From positions 992,001-1,056,000 of the forward strand of contig CM039005.1 in the NCBI GenBank assembly GCA_017499595.2: a DNA stretch of 64,000 bases, given 5' to 3'. Below are positions 26,380-40,417 of the stretch, one piece after another. The notes under the pieces are model-generated. The model did no database searches and had not been told where the DNA came from. It saw nothing but the letters and a program-made list of their open reading frames with translations. This DNA comes from Psilocybe cubensis. Taxonomy: Eukaryota. The translations under genes were made by a program, and so were the position numbers. Each line of letters starts with the position of its first letter. Position 1 is the first letter of the stretch.

Positions 26380-28554
26380 TTATTGGCCATCAACAATCAA
26401 CTTCTTGATTGCTGGAGATCGAACTTGGAATGAACACTTAAATTTGGCCTTTTGGCTGAGAAGCATTAGACGAGGTGGTTAGCCATTAGACAGAACTATA
26501 TCCATGAGAGATACGTCAACACGCACTTGAGTAAACCCAAATCTTCAATTTCGTGATTGATTTCAATTTCATTCCCATTGTCGTCTTTGGCTTTAACAAC
26601 GTTGAAACAAGCAAGGACAGATGCCATCATAAGCCATAGCTGTGGTGATAATACATCAATAGTTGCCTTCTGAAGATTATTGAAACCGGTATTAGAGATT
26701 TCTTACAGTAGAGCTTGCGATATATTTGCCTACGCAAACCCTGGAAAGACACGATAGTTAAGCTTATTAATGTATATATTGTATAGCATATAGCGCATTT
26801 CTCACCGACGGCCAAACCCAAATGCCAAAACGCGGTCATCGTCGTTCAGTTTCCCATTTTTATCAAAAAATCTCTCCGGCTTGAAAGTGTATGGGTCAGG
26901 ATAATCTTCTTCCTCATAACACATTGCCCTGTGGAAGGTGTAAATCCTCTGTGCGATTGAACGTTGTCGAAAACTCACCAAATATTGGTGAAAATTGTTG
27001 CTCCTACATATATGATCATGGGTATAGAGAGGAGATATCAAAAGTGTGGCATGTACCTTTAGGAATCAAATATCCTTTGTAGTAATCATCTTCTACCACG
27101 CGATGAGGAACACCAAGAGGCAATGGAGGCCTCATTCTCATAACTTCACGATATATAGCCTCAACAAAAGGCAGCGACTGGCGATCCTCCAGTGTGGGAA
27201 GGCGTTTGGAGCCTGTCAGGCGGTCAATCTCTTCCTGCGCCTTCTTTTGAACATCGGGGTTTACTGCCATGAAGTAGAGAAATGAACCAGTGGAAGAGAC
27301 CGTCTATAAAAGGGCCCAAAAACCCACAAATTGAATAACGTAACAGTTAAAATGATGGAAAACTCACAGTATCTGACGCGGCTACAAGCAACAAGCAACT
27401 TTAAGTATAGAAAATTTGCGAGGTAAGAAATATTGTCATTACCGCCATATACAGTGTATGCAATATTCCGCACCATTTCCTCCTCTTCCTCTGAAGCGCC
27501 GAGCGTTTGCTTTTTTTCGATAAAATTTGTGTAAAACGATGCAGAGGCCTTTCCTTCTTCCTATCGAAAAAATTGTTCTGAGTTACATGTTCCTATTTCT
27601 TGTCGTCACTTACAAATGCTGCTTTTACTTGATCCACTGGAATCTTCATCACTATCTCTGTCATACGGCGAACACGTTCCGCTCTTTTCAACGAGGTGGC
27701 GCCCGGAAACCAAGCTGGAACGTGTCTAAGAATAGGGAGAATGTTAACCAAGCTACCGCTGGGAACGAGTAAATCCGTCCCAAGTTTGATAGCCTCGTCC
27801 GCTATGGTTATACAAGGCTCATCGATTGATTTGATCTTGATCCCATACATCATTTCCATAGTAATAGATACTGAAAGCCTATTGATAATAAACATAATTA
27901 AATTGAAGCAGACATAGCACTGACTTACATTCTACTGTGAGCATCAAAATCTTCTGGTGTGTCGCACAGAGATCGAAGAAATTGCTCAACCCCATTCATC
28001 TGAATACTATGATATTGTTGGGATGCAACGAAGTTGAAACTTTGTTGACAGAGTTTTCGGTGCCTCCTCCATTCATCCCCGTATCCTAAGAAAGCGATGT
28101 TGTGATTCCATGCCATTCTTGATATTATGAGCAATCAATTATTAATCGTTGAAGAGACATGGCATCTCACAGGTTAACCATAGGGATGTGGGGTCTATCG
28201 GAGTAGATTTTTGCTCTCCTCTCACACAACTCAATGGCGTCTTCTCGCTTGTTGATGACAATAAGGCGGCTTCCCAGAGCTTCTGCATAGACCACGGGAC
28301 CTGAGGGCGTAGAAATCATCAATATCGAGACTTAGAACAGATAAAATAAACGGACTGTCATATTTTTTGCTCCACTCGATGTAGCGCTCGGCAGGCACTT
28401 TTACAGGTAAGTCAAATATGTTTCCCACCAGTGGCTTCGGTGGTGGACCAGGAGGATATGGAGCACGATGCACGATGCGATTGACATAATCGAGGAGTAT
28501 TTTGACGCCGAAGACCCCTACAAAGGCATATACCAGAGTCGTTGATTGTGGCAT
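26380..28554 (-). CDS. Cytochrome P450 (CYP64 clan, CYP5144-like) copy A
   Basis: PPGP, AASDT I-helix, EVMR, PERF, FGFGRRVCVG; multi-exon. Confidence 0.9.
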
Positions 28555-29652
28555 TCTGGTTCGGCGTAGTGGTACTGTCCAGGGGTAAAGGAGAGAAGGT
28601 TGTTTTTGAGAATAATGCGAATACCGAAAGATTCGTTCACTGCTGAAGATTTATATACGGATTCCCACTCTTGAGTACGTGAAAATAGATCTATAGAGAG
28701 ACTTAGTAACCTGTCTCACATTGGCATGCCTTCGAAATCAATCCCCCGGGATCATGTCAACGACACATTTACGTTCGGGTTTTGGAAGCATTGATAGCAC
28801 GCATGGGTATGCATTGTTCAGAATATAGGCCCTAAATTTTAGTCGTTGTCAAATGGAATCGGTTCGGGTGGTGTATGTGTAACAACAATGCAGAAAAAAG
28901 GTCGGAATGCCGCATATTGGGACAGCAGATAATTTTTGCCTGTAGATTCATACAGTACCTTGCTGTTATCAGAAGAATAGGAGAAAATCAACCCTCGGAA
29001 GCCAGACTTCACGATACCTCCTGCTGATAGATACTATACAAAAAGGTAGCCACTGGCACCCGCCAAACCAACGTCGTGTCAACCTCGGAAGGACATGTAG
29101 GATGTTGCACTTCCAGCAATCGTAGTGTTGGTTTAGGACCAAGATCCGATAACCGAGTAAGTGGCCTTCTATAATGAGACGAGAGACTACATTTTCATAG
29201 CGGCGATTGTGGGTTTCCTTCCCTTGATACGGTCGTTGAAGTACGTTGTTGAAATCCTAGGCGTCAGGAGTCTGAGGATGACCACATGTTCGTGGTGATC
29301 AGAATCACGGAACCGGCGTACTTACATAGCCGATTGATTTTACCTACAAGTTGTGTAAAGTGAGTTGTCGTGGACTAAGTAGCTGCAAATCTCATCGCTG
29401 GTTTGCTTCTCAATAGCGTACTTGAATGCTCCATCATCACTGCTTCACCTTCCATTAATTCCAAGTCTTTGACGATCAGCTGTATTCCTGACCCAGTACA
29501 CACCATAATTTGGAAATATAGTGAGCTTAGGAAGATGGACTACAGGGTACCTGGTACCACTTGGGATGCCTCAAATGTTAAACCTGTTCTTATGAGTCCT
29601 CATCACAGTTTCCTTAGAGTCACTCATGTATGTATCATTAAGGAGAAAAAAA

Positions 29653-31813
29653 TTAGTTGGCATCAACAAACAGTTTAAGCCTCTCGAGAGATCGGACTCT
29701 GAAGTTGCATTCAAACTTAGTCATTTGACTATATGATGAGGATTTCAATAAATGGGTCTGCGACGACATCGAATAACTCACTTTACCACACCACAGTCCT
29801 CAAAACCGTCATCGATCTCTATATCATTCCCGTGTTCATCTTTAGCTTTGGAGATATCGAAGCATGTGATCACCGAAGCAATCATCAACCAAAGCTGATA
29901 ATCATCCAATATCAGGTCATTGAATATACGCAGTAGAGATACTCGTGCTTACAGTTGAACTGGCAATATATTTTCCGACACAAATCCTGTTCATAATAAT
30001 TCGGTGAGGCAAAGTTTTGCACCTGCTCAGGCTGCCAACAAAATTACCTGCGCCCAAACCCGTAGGCGAGTACTCGATCATCGGCGTTCAACTTTCCGTC
30101 TTCGTCAAAGAACCTCTCAGGCTTAAAGGCAGATGGGTCAGAATAAACATTTGTGTCATGTGTCATTGCCCTACTGGACGTTTTCAAATATATCAAAGCA
30201 GCGACAGTGACAATACTTGCCAGATATTGCCGAATACAATTGTCCCTGTCAAATAACACAGTGAGTAATGAACCTATTCTAATTCGATGACAGGCTGATA
30301 CCCACCTTTGGGGATGAAATACCCCTTGTAGTGATCATCTTGAATGGTTGTGTGAGGCCCGCCAAGGGGCAAAGGTGGAAGTGATCGCAATACTTCACGA
30401 TATATGGCTTCAATGTAGGGGAGCGAGTCACGATCTTCGAATGTTGGGAGACGATTAAGACCAATGACAGTATCAATTTCGGACTGTGCCTTCTTCATGA
30501 CATTGGGGTTTACTGCCATTGCCCAAAGAAATGTTCCAGTAGCGGAAATAGTCTTTGATCAAGTTTCATCAGACAAGTACCTCATTTTCAAAACTGTGTC
30601 AAAGTACGCACCGTATCGGATGCTCCTAACATTCATACATAGCTTGCATAAATCAAATCATTAAATATGATAACAAAAAGGTGACCAACCGCCATAAACT
30701 GAAAATGCAATATTTTTAACCATTTCCTCCTCTTCCAATGTGGCACCGTGGGTTTGTTTCTTTACATAGAAATCAGTTACAAATGACGGGACGGCCGTCC
30801 CTTCTTCCTAAAGGTAAAAATCAGTCCAGAGTGAGGTATTCAGTAATAGCCAGATGATTTACGAGACTTTTCTTCACGAATTTGGTTGGAATTGACATCA
30901 TTTCATCTGAGAGCTCTCGCACAATCTTCGCCAATTTCTGAGAAGAGGCACCGGGAAACCAGGCAGGTATGTGTTGAAGCATGGGGAAAATATTTATGAG
31001 CGTTCCACCCGGTATTACCAGTTGACCACCAAGCCTGATTGCTTCGTCGGCCACAGTAACGACAGGGTCTGAGATGGACTGAACTTCATATCCATACATC
31101 ATCAACATCGTAAGAGATATCGACAATCTTATAACAATCCAATGAGCATTTTTTTTTTTGAAAAATAATGAACTAATTGTGGGATCGTACCGTTTGCTAT
31201 GAGCATCGAACTCCTTAGGGGAGCTATGTAGAGCTTGAAGGAATCGAAGAACTTCTTTTCTTTGGAGTGGTTGATAGGCTTGAGAGGCTTTCTGATTGAA
31301 GTTCTGTTGACATATCTTTCTACACCGCCTCCATTCGTCCCCATACCGCAAAATTGCAATGTTATAGCTCCAGCCCATTCTGCGTATTCAGAGGTTTTAG
31401 AATTCAAACTTGTCCGGAGTAGACCATCTCACAGCTTCATGACAGGTATTTCGGGTCGATCTGAATAGAGCTTGGCCCTTCTATCCAACAGTTCTTCAGC
31501 ATCTTCGCGATTATTAAGAACGACAATATGTTGTCCAAATGCTTCTATGTGGAGGATTTGGCCTATTTTGAGGGAGTTCAGGTTCTCCGTATTATACAAA
31601 TCAGGGGGGCTCACTTTTATAAATATTTCCCCACTCTGCGTATTTCAAAGCAGGAAACGATATTGGGAAGTCAAGAGCATTTCCAATCAACGGTTTGGGA
31701 ACAGGTCCAGGGGGGTATGGTGCCCTCGATAAAGTACGATCTCGAAATTGGGTATATTTCCTTAGTACCCATAGAAGCACTAAAACACAGATAATGAAGG
31801 CGGATGTCGACAT
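29653..31813 (-). CDS. Cytochrome P450 copy B
   Basis: PPGP, ASDT, EVLR, PERF, YGFGRRICVG. Confidence 0.9.
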
Positions 31814-33352
31814 TTGATGGTAAAGAGTGCGTGTTCGGAAAAGGCCAAGAATCTACGATACAATGCATATTTAAACTGTAGAAAGAGATTGCAAGCATGT
31901 GATGTCAAAGGATCCATATATAATCCTTGCTCTCAGTCAAGGGATAATATTAAAGCCAGTTCACACCAATTAAAATTCTGTCATCTGATTTAGAACAGGT
32001 AGTTCGCCAGTCTGCTGATCCTTGTGATTGTTTGGGCCAAGTATCCAGGTACTGACTTGGGCTGCAGACTGAGTGGTCCAAGCAAGATGGAGAAGCCAGA
32101 AGTTGGTCAAGAAAAGCTGCTGCATTGAGCTGCATGAATGAGAGACTTGTACCGGTGTAGTACGCACCTCGAGTATCGCGTCGACTCGGAACCACATCAT
32201 CCTTACATAATCTACGCCGGCAAATGGCGACGATTAGATTGTGGGTGAGTTAGGGGCAAAGTCCAAAGTTCAAATTTGTCCGACATGGGTAACAATCTAT
32301 GCTAACTACCTTTGAGCGATATGGGTATGTGATCAAAATGGCATAAAAGTGGGAGTAGCGTTACAATTTTCGAATTTATCTTTTGGGTCGAACTAATCTA
32401 AAGTCAATTATCAATCATGATGCCATCATAAAAAGTACGCGTAGATTACAAAGCATTGCAAACCCAATAAAATATTTTTTTCTTCGAAATTCTTGCACTG
32501 CGTTACAACGCTCTTGAAATGTTGTAAGAAACCGGAAATATTGCAGCATGAATAAATTAATTTGAGGTTTACAATATTTCTGGGTATTGCAATCGTAATG
32601 CCTTTTGGAGCACACAAAAATCATAATGAAAAATAGATTATTTATTCATAAAAATAGTACAACTATATAAGACACATTGAACCCGCATGCTAGCGCGCAC
32701 GGCTCCGGACCCTCAACACCAAAACAGAACCTGAAGTTGACAATTCCCACACTCAATGACACAAAGTAGGCATGAATGGTGAAGACACACGGGAAAAGGC
32801 AGCTTCAAGCATTCGGAACAGCTGAAGTGGTACGGGAAATGGTGGACCAAAATATATGCATCAAAAAATGAATCAAAAACCAATAAAAAGCGCATATACT
32901 TACATGTACATGCTTTCAAGTCTGTATCCAAGTGTCTGGTTGTTTGGGACCTTTCACAAGTAATGTTAGTAGTGTAAAGCACACTAAATAGAGACTAAAA
33001 TACTGACCCTTCATCCAAGTGTTCAAGATAGTTGGTCCTAGTATGTGGTGAGTACTGATGAGCACCGAGTGAGAATTATCTATTACTCACCAAAAAAGTA
33101 TAATCTACTAACTTGTTTTGGTTAAAGGAAGATGTGTATGATGTTAGTTCGAGGAGGAGACATCAATTTACAAAGATGAATACACGTACCTTGCCCCCAT
33201 GTATATCCGTGGGCAGAGGATTGTGGTGGTTAGAAAAAAGCAAACAAAGTGGACGTGATTTGCTTGCAGCGGGACTTCAAGTGAGTTCAGGCTCCGCTTG
33301 ATTTGATTTTGGAGCTCCGATATCTGCTGATTTTGTTTGACAAACATCTCTA

Positions 33353-36300
33353 AGATTGGGCTCATCAGGAACCAGCACGTTTACGTAATCAAAAGGCTTG
33401 GCGCCAAGAGCGGCCAAAATCGACTTCAGAAAAAATCAAAAGTTATGTCGACGGAAATTTAGTACAAACACAAGAATAAATGGTAGAAAGTATCATGTAG
33501 AATAACATTTGTGCACTAGATAAGTGTATCTATGGTTTTCAAATGATAGAAACAGACTCTTATGCAGACATATACTCTGCACGTACTTTGGCAATCATAT
33601 CTGGAGGAAGTGTACGGTGACTATGATATCTCTTGTTTATCCAGTGAACTTGTGGACCAGTTAGACCATGCTCATAGCCTGAAATAAACCTTGCTGATCG
33701 GTTTGCATATCTATTGAACATAATTAGTGAAAAGTTAAACTTTTATTTGTGAAAAGTATAAAAGAATACCTTCTAATCTGAAGTAAAGGAATATCATCAA
33801 GGCATTGAATTACATTGGCTTCCATTTCATCAATGTTGCTTGTTTTGGGTGTATTACGATAGCGAAGCTTTGCTGCTCCCCAGTATTGTTCAATGAAATT
33901 GAGTTCACAATGATATTTCGGATAAAAATCACAGATGTGACCGCGGGAAGTGATCAATTCCTCAAGGCGTGATTTTTGAGCCACAAAGTCAGGTTGCATG
34001 AATAGAATACGTCGACAGCAGCAATCAGTCTTGCCTGGTTCGCATTTAAATCCTTCACATTGGGCAAGAAGTCCAGATTCTTTCCAAAGACCTCTTTCCC
34101 GGATAATTAATTCCATTCCTTTAAACCATCCGGGCATGGTGGGATGGTTATCATCAAAATAGAAGGACTGTATTTGGCCATTTGGAAGGGTAGTAGTTCG
34201 CATTTTGGCACCTCCTTTACGATGAGTCCAATATTGTGATGGATTTTTAGGCATTCTTCTTGCAGATAATGCATCATCAGCACGTTTTTGATGACTTGGG
34301 GCATTGTCAAACAAAAAAAGGCCAGTAGCAAATCCATTGGTCCGTCCTTCAAAAATGTCAATTGCATGATCCACCTGATTAATCAAATCATCCGAGGTGA
34401 AATATCCATCACGATTTTTTCCTGCTTTGAATAAAATTCGTGCTGATCTAAAATTGATATTTATTAATTCAAACACATATGGATAAAATTTAAATAACAT
34501 ACTCTGAACCATCTTGACTTTGCAATCGGCCCCATTCCACAGTAAGAAATTCTGATGGCATGATTGATGTACCTTCTCCTTTTTTTATTGGAACCGGGTT
34601 GGTAGATTTGTGTGACCATACATTTTTACGGCGATCTGTTTCATAGAATGTTGATTCATCATGGGTAATAAGGATAAGGCGAAAGCGCTGGCCAGCAGGA
34701 ACAGAAAAGCCTGAAAGCTGAGAGTTACAATTTCCATCATTATCATAGGAATACATCCGTTTTTCATAGTCCTTCCAGCGCTTGATAAATTCAATCCGGT
34801 ACTGCACAACATCTTCCCGCTCATGACCATCTATATACATACCATTTCGTATTTTTCCATATCGCCAACCCATTTTGTGTAGCCATCGTTTGGCAGTAGA
34901 AAGATGAATTGATTTTTTTTCAACTCCAAGTTCCTCTAGTTTTTCTTGCATTTCAGGTGTTTGGATAAAGTCCACGATATCTTGAGCACAAATATAGCCA
35001 GTTTTTGCAATGCTAGAAAGATGGAGCTGTATTGCCTCTGAAAAATCTTCATCATCAAGAAGAGAAGGCTGAATACGTGTAACACGGCGGAGTGGAAGCT
35101 TTCCAGATTTCAAAAACGTGTGGATCCAGCTGCGTATATTCCGAGCATGATTAACCCCACAGCCTTGGGATTTAGCAACTATCAAAGAAGATTCACGCCA
35201 ACCATAGGAAAGTTGTGGATCAAGATATAAGTTCAACACGCCAACCATTGCAGTAAGTCTTGCTCGAAGAATAATGTCAAGTGTCTTTTCCTTGCTTCGT
35301 ACAGTCAAGGCTGCACAGACCCGACGAAGTTTTGGAAAGTCTTTGTAGCTGAGTTGATCAAGTATGGCATCAGATTCCGTAGGCAAGCTAAAATCCTCAA
35401 CCTTTCCACCTGCTTGTAAATGTTGCAAGAAATTATTGACAGTTTCTTGTGCATCCGAAATTGTAGAGTTGGCAGGCAAGTTAGATTGGGGTGGGTCATT
35501 ATTTGCAATAGGTTGTGCATGATCCAGCTGGGAATTAATATCTCCATCACTTTGTGTATCAGAAGAGCTGTCGGAATCAGATATGGTAATAATATCCACG
35601 TTATTTGTATTGACAGTAGTGGCTGAAGAGGTTGCTGTGGAAGGATTTTTTGGTGTCTTTGAAAACCACTCGGAAATGGGGTGTATTCCTTTATCCCTAA
35701 GATCCTTTCTTGCTCTCTTCTGTCGACGCTTGGTCCTAGCAGAGTTTTTAAGGTACATTTTTGGCCTATTAGTCCTTTCATTCTCAAGCTCCACTGCAAT
35801 CCGTTGGGCCTCCAGTAAAATGTTTGAGAATGTTTGTAAATCTGAAGGAGTATTGATCTCTGAGTTCTCTGGCTGCTGTTCCATTTCGCCATCTGATTCA
35901 GAATCAGAATCTTCATCTGAAAGAGTAGAAGAAGATGGTTCTTCAAAGTAATCAAGAAATCCTTGCAAGGTGAAGGAGCCATCTTCATTATATGTTATAA
36001 TCCCTTCATCACTGATATACTCTGCAAGGCTCTTCACATTTGGGCCAGATTGGGGACTAGGGGTTGAGGATTGGATGTCCTCCTCCGGAATATCTTCAAT
36101 AGAAACTGAATGATGTTTCTTTTGTGCATATTTGCCCAGGTTTTTGGCTCTAGAAAGTGAGGCTTTGGATTTTCGGGCCATAGATATGATGTATGATGAT
36201 AGTCGAGTGGTTCCAAGTGGTCTACTTTATTTTATATCGCTCAAATCACTGCCAACGAGGCTGAGAAACATGCATCGAGGCGTTATCATGATCTTCCGGG

Positions 36301-36612
36301 AGGTCACGTGATCTATTATATAAGCGGCCAAAAGTGACTTCGTCGAATTTTCAGAAATTGCCCAAACTCGTTAAAACATCATTTCCAATGCTTTACAATA
36401 AAAAAGGGGGGGAAAATTTTGTAAGCCTTATATCTTTCTCAAAAAAAATTTTTTTTTCAAAAAAAAACCGCAGATCTATTCAGAAATACACCTTCTACAT
36501 ATCTGTGGTTTAAAAATGCAGGATAATGTGGTTGTGCGAGTGGTGAAAACGTTCGGAGGTAAGCCAACTTTTGCTTACCTAAGGGGGTGCTGGTTCCTGA
36601 TGAGCCCAATCT
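33353..36612 (-). mobile_element. Complete IS630/Tc1/mariner-type DNA transposon (3260 bp)
   Basis: Perfect 26-bp TIRs AGATTGGGCTCATCAGGAACCAGCAC (33353-33378; inverted at 36587-36612), TA duplication at 33351-33352 and 36613-36614. Confidence 0.95.
33560..36181 (-). CDS. DDE transposase, 835 aa, 3 exons (36181-34503, 34447-33770, 33710-33560)
   Basis: HDES, FDNAPSH, PKYHCELNFIEQYW motifs; exon lengths sum to an intact frame. Confidence 0.9.
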
Positions 36613-36629
36613 TAAGTCCAAGTCAAAAC

Positions 36630-37680
36630 CGGAGACGGCACGACAACCGCCACTGTTCTTGCGCGTGCCATCTACTCAGAAGGTGTCAAGAACATCGCAG
36701 CTGGATGCAACCCCATGGACCTGCGCCGTGGGTCTCAGGCCGCCGTCGACCGTGTCGTCTCTTTCCTCTCTGCACACGCCAAAACTATCACGACAACCGC
36801 CGAAATCGCACAGGTAGCTACTATTTCCGCAAACGGTGACGCCTACGTTGGAGGATTAATTGTTCAGGCAATGGAGAAGGTCGGAAAGGAGGGTGTGATC
36901 ACTGTGAAGGAGGGAAAGACGATTCAGGACAAAATTGAGATCACCGAGGGTATGCGCTTCGACCGTGGTTACATCTCACCCTACTTCATCACCAACACCA
37001 AGTCCCAACGCGTCGAGTTCGAGAAGCCCTTCATCCTGCTTTCTGAGAAGAAGATTTCCGCCCTACAGGATATCCTCCCTGCCCTCGAGGCCACGGCGCA
37101 GGCCAGACGCCCACTGACTTCATCATTGTGGAAGACGTCGACGGCGAGGCTCTTGCTGCCTGCATCCTCAACAAGCTCCGTGGTCAGCTGCAGGTGTGCG
37201 CTGTCAAGGCTCCTGGGTTTGGAGACAATCGCAAGAGCATCCTCGGTGACCTTGCTATTCTCACCGGAGGAACAGTGTTCACAGACGAGCTCGACGTCAA
37301 GCTCGAGCGTGCGTCAGCGGAGATGCTCGGTTCGACTGGAAGCATCACTGTCACCAAGGACGACATGATCATTCTCAACGGTGAAGGTGCAAAGGATCAG
37401 ATTGCTGCATGGTGCGAGCAGATCCGTGCCTTGATTGCGGACCCCACGACGGGCAACTTTGACCGCAGCAAGCTTCAAGAACGTCTCGCGAAGCTGAGCG
37501 GAGGTGTAGTTGTCATCAAGGTGGGCGGAGCATCCAAGGTCGAGGTTGGCGAGAAGAAGGACAGGTACAACGACGCGCTCAACGCGACACGCGCCGCTGT
37601 CGAGGAGGGTATCCTCCCCGGAGGCGGTGTTGCGCTCCTCAAGGTGTCGTTGCAGCTCGCGACGGCGAGTGCCCTTGCTG
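36630..37680 (+). pseudogene. HSP60: Truncated, frameshifted HSP60 (chaperonin 60) fragment
   Basis: Runs from [10 protein letters not shown] to [15 protein letters not shown]; no N- or C-terminus; frameshift at ~37117; GC-rich relative to flanks. Confidence 0.9.
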
Positions 37681-38240
37681 CCCGGAGAGGCGGCAAACAG
37701 GGTCAAGTGCTAATGCTACTGCTGCTGCCAATGCCAATGCCGCTGCCGCTGCTGCCTCGAGTAAGCTTTGCTGTGAGATGTGAGCTGCGTTGGCTGAAAA
37801 GCACAGGCAGAGGCAGATGTGATGAAGCCTGTGGATGAGAGTGTGTTGCTCGGAGAGGATGCGCTGGTCACAGAGGAGGTGCACAAGCAGCATTCTCATG
37901 CACAGCAGGGGTATCAGCACCCCATCCTCGGCGCGCCGCACTGGTCTGCGGGCAGGAAGGAGAACGTGCACGCACACTAGTCCGATATTGCATGCGCTTT
38001 CAATGTACACACATAACATGTCCCTTCACTATACTCAAATGAATAAAAATTTAAATTGAATAATTATGACCACTTTCTAACCTAATAAAACTATTGCTTG
38101 ACATTGTAAACCGGGCCCCAAAAATTGGGTGGATTTGTAAGACTAAAAAATTATTGTATTGGTTTACATTGTATTGTAATCTACTGCCTATTTAGTTGAT
38201 GGCATGGTCCCACATAGCGAATGCGTGATAAAACAGCCTT

Positions 38241-40417
38241 TTAAGATTCTACAAAAAGCCTATGAATATCTTTCAACCTAGGACGAAAATCGCACTCAAA
38301 GGTGGCCTTATGACTTCAAGGTACAAATCAGGGTAGAAACCAGAGACATGACATAAGGACGAACAACTCACTTTATCAAACCATCATCCTCAATACCGCC
38401 ATTAACCCCTATGGTGTGTCCGTCCTTGTCTTTACGGGGAGTGATTTCAAAGCAGGCGAGTACACAAGCCATCATGAGCCAAACCTAGACAAGATATTTA
38501 GCAACATAGAAACATGTTGTGTTCCAATTACTCGATCAAAGGGCATCAGACTGACGGTAGCACTGGCCAAGTATTTTCCCGCACAAAGCCTTCCTCACAT
38601 ATAAGCAAAAAGAAAATTACTCGCACAAGTTAATCTTACCTGCGACCGAAGCCGTAACCAAGAAGTTTTTCTTCTATCAAGCTGCCTTTTGCGTCGAAAT
38701 ATCTTTCTGGTTTGAAGGCCTCAGATTCCGGATACATCGCTTCATCTCGTGACATCGCCCTTTTAAGTTAATGTGAATGAGTTTACCTCTAGGAAATGCT
38801 CAAGAATTTACTCGCCATATGTTGGGAAAAACAATTGTCCCTGAATATCAAAACCAAGTCATAAGCCGCAAGAACAGCTTTCCGTTATAGTTATAGAAGG
38901 TTACTGTTGCTTGCCTTTAGAAATGAAGTAGCCTTTGTAATAATCATTTTGGCTAAGGCGGTGAGGTACCCCGAGTGGAAAGGGAGGCCTCAATCGTAGA
39001 ACTTCTCTATACACCGCTTCTAAGTAGGGGAGTGAATCACGATCAGCCAATGTTGGGAGACGTTTGGATCCCAGAATACGATCAATCTCAGCATGTGCCC
39101 GTCTCTGTGCCTGTGGGTTCACAGCCATAAAGTAGAAAAAAGATCCAGTAAAAGATATTGTCTAAAATGAAGTTGTTGAGACCACGAACACATATACAAT
39201 GTCCAATGCAACTTACCGTATCCGAAGCCGCTTGATAGACAAATAGAATTAGATGAACAGCTACCGACCCTTTGCACCAGCAATGGTTTACGTACCTCCG
39301 TACACCGTATATGCCACATTTTTTATCATTTCTTCTTCGACCTCGGATGCTCCAACAGTATACATCTTCTCGTAGAAATCAGCAACTAGAGACGGCACTA
39401 CGGTACCTGTCTCCTAGAGATATTGTTAGCAGCTTTGTGACACGAAAGACAAGATAGTGAACTTTACAAAGCTTTTTTTAACATATTCCAGAGGAAATCT
39501 AACAATTTCGTCAGTCATACGACGTATTACACCAGCCTTCTTCCGCGCAGAGGCACCCGGAAACCATTCAGGTACATGTCGGAGGACCGGAAAGGCGTTC
39601 ATCAAGCTGGCACCAGGTAGAAGTAATCGAGCTCCCAGCGAAAGTGCCTCATCTGCCATTGTGACACAGGGCTCATCGAGTGATTTGATCTCGTATCCGT
39701 ACATCAATGCAATTGTCAGCGAAGCAGAAAACCTACAATACAATAAGTCAGCTTTTAGTTATCCAGACCGATTGAATACATACATTTTGCTATGCGCTTC
39801 AAATTTTTCAGGTGTGTTTAAAAGTCCTTGCAATAGTTGGCGAATCTTCTTGGTTTGAATGGGCTCAAACTTTTGTACCGCTTTGGGGTTGTTGAAGTTG
39901 TTTTGAATGACCCTCCTATGTTGTCTCCAGGCGTCGCCATATGGCATAATCGCCACATTCTTCTCCCAACCCATACTGATCCATTACGTATTAAACGGAT
40001 TAAAGTGTTTCTGTCAAACTGTTGGAACTTACACTTTAACAATAGGTATCAAAGGCCTGTCGGCGTAGATTTTTGCACGGGACGAGCTCTCTAGCAACTG
40101 AGCTGCATCTGCAGCATCATTGAGAACGAGGAAACGAATTCCCAAGGCTTCGGCGTAAAGAATTGGGCCTGTATAAAAATTCAGCAATCAGGCGCGAGTA
40201 ATAGAATTTATAACTTGCTCTTGTATTTCTTGGTCCATTCCGTATAGACCAAAGCGGCGTTTCTTATCGGTAAATCAAGTAGATTTCCGATCAGAGGCAA
40301 TGGTTTGGGTCCAGGTGGTCGAGGGCCAGGTTTTTTCGAAGTGATAGTCTTGAACAGTCTCTTGATCCCCCATGCGAGCAGAATGATGGCACTGATAGTA
40401 GTGAAAGAAAGCGCCAT
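38241..40417 (-). CDS. Cytochrome P450 copy C
   Basis: PPGP, AASDT, EVLR, PERY, YGFGRRLCAG. Confidence 0.9.

Larger units (their letters stand above)
32438..38188. mobile_element. Putative older non-autonomous DNA transposon carrying an HSP60 fragment
   Basis: Imperfect inverted ends GTAGATTACAAAGCATTGCAAACCCAATAAAATATTTTTT (32441-32480) vs reverse complement of 38145-38184; TA at both flanks; clustered TTACAA/TTGTAA subterminal motifs. Confidence 0.5.

Noticed and set aside
36715-37838. Bacterial groEL by horizontal transfer or contamination
   Set aside because: Residues such as [12 protein letters not shown] and RAIYSEG fit fungal mitochondrial Hsp60, and the fragment is embedded in fungal sequence
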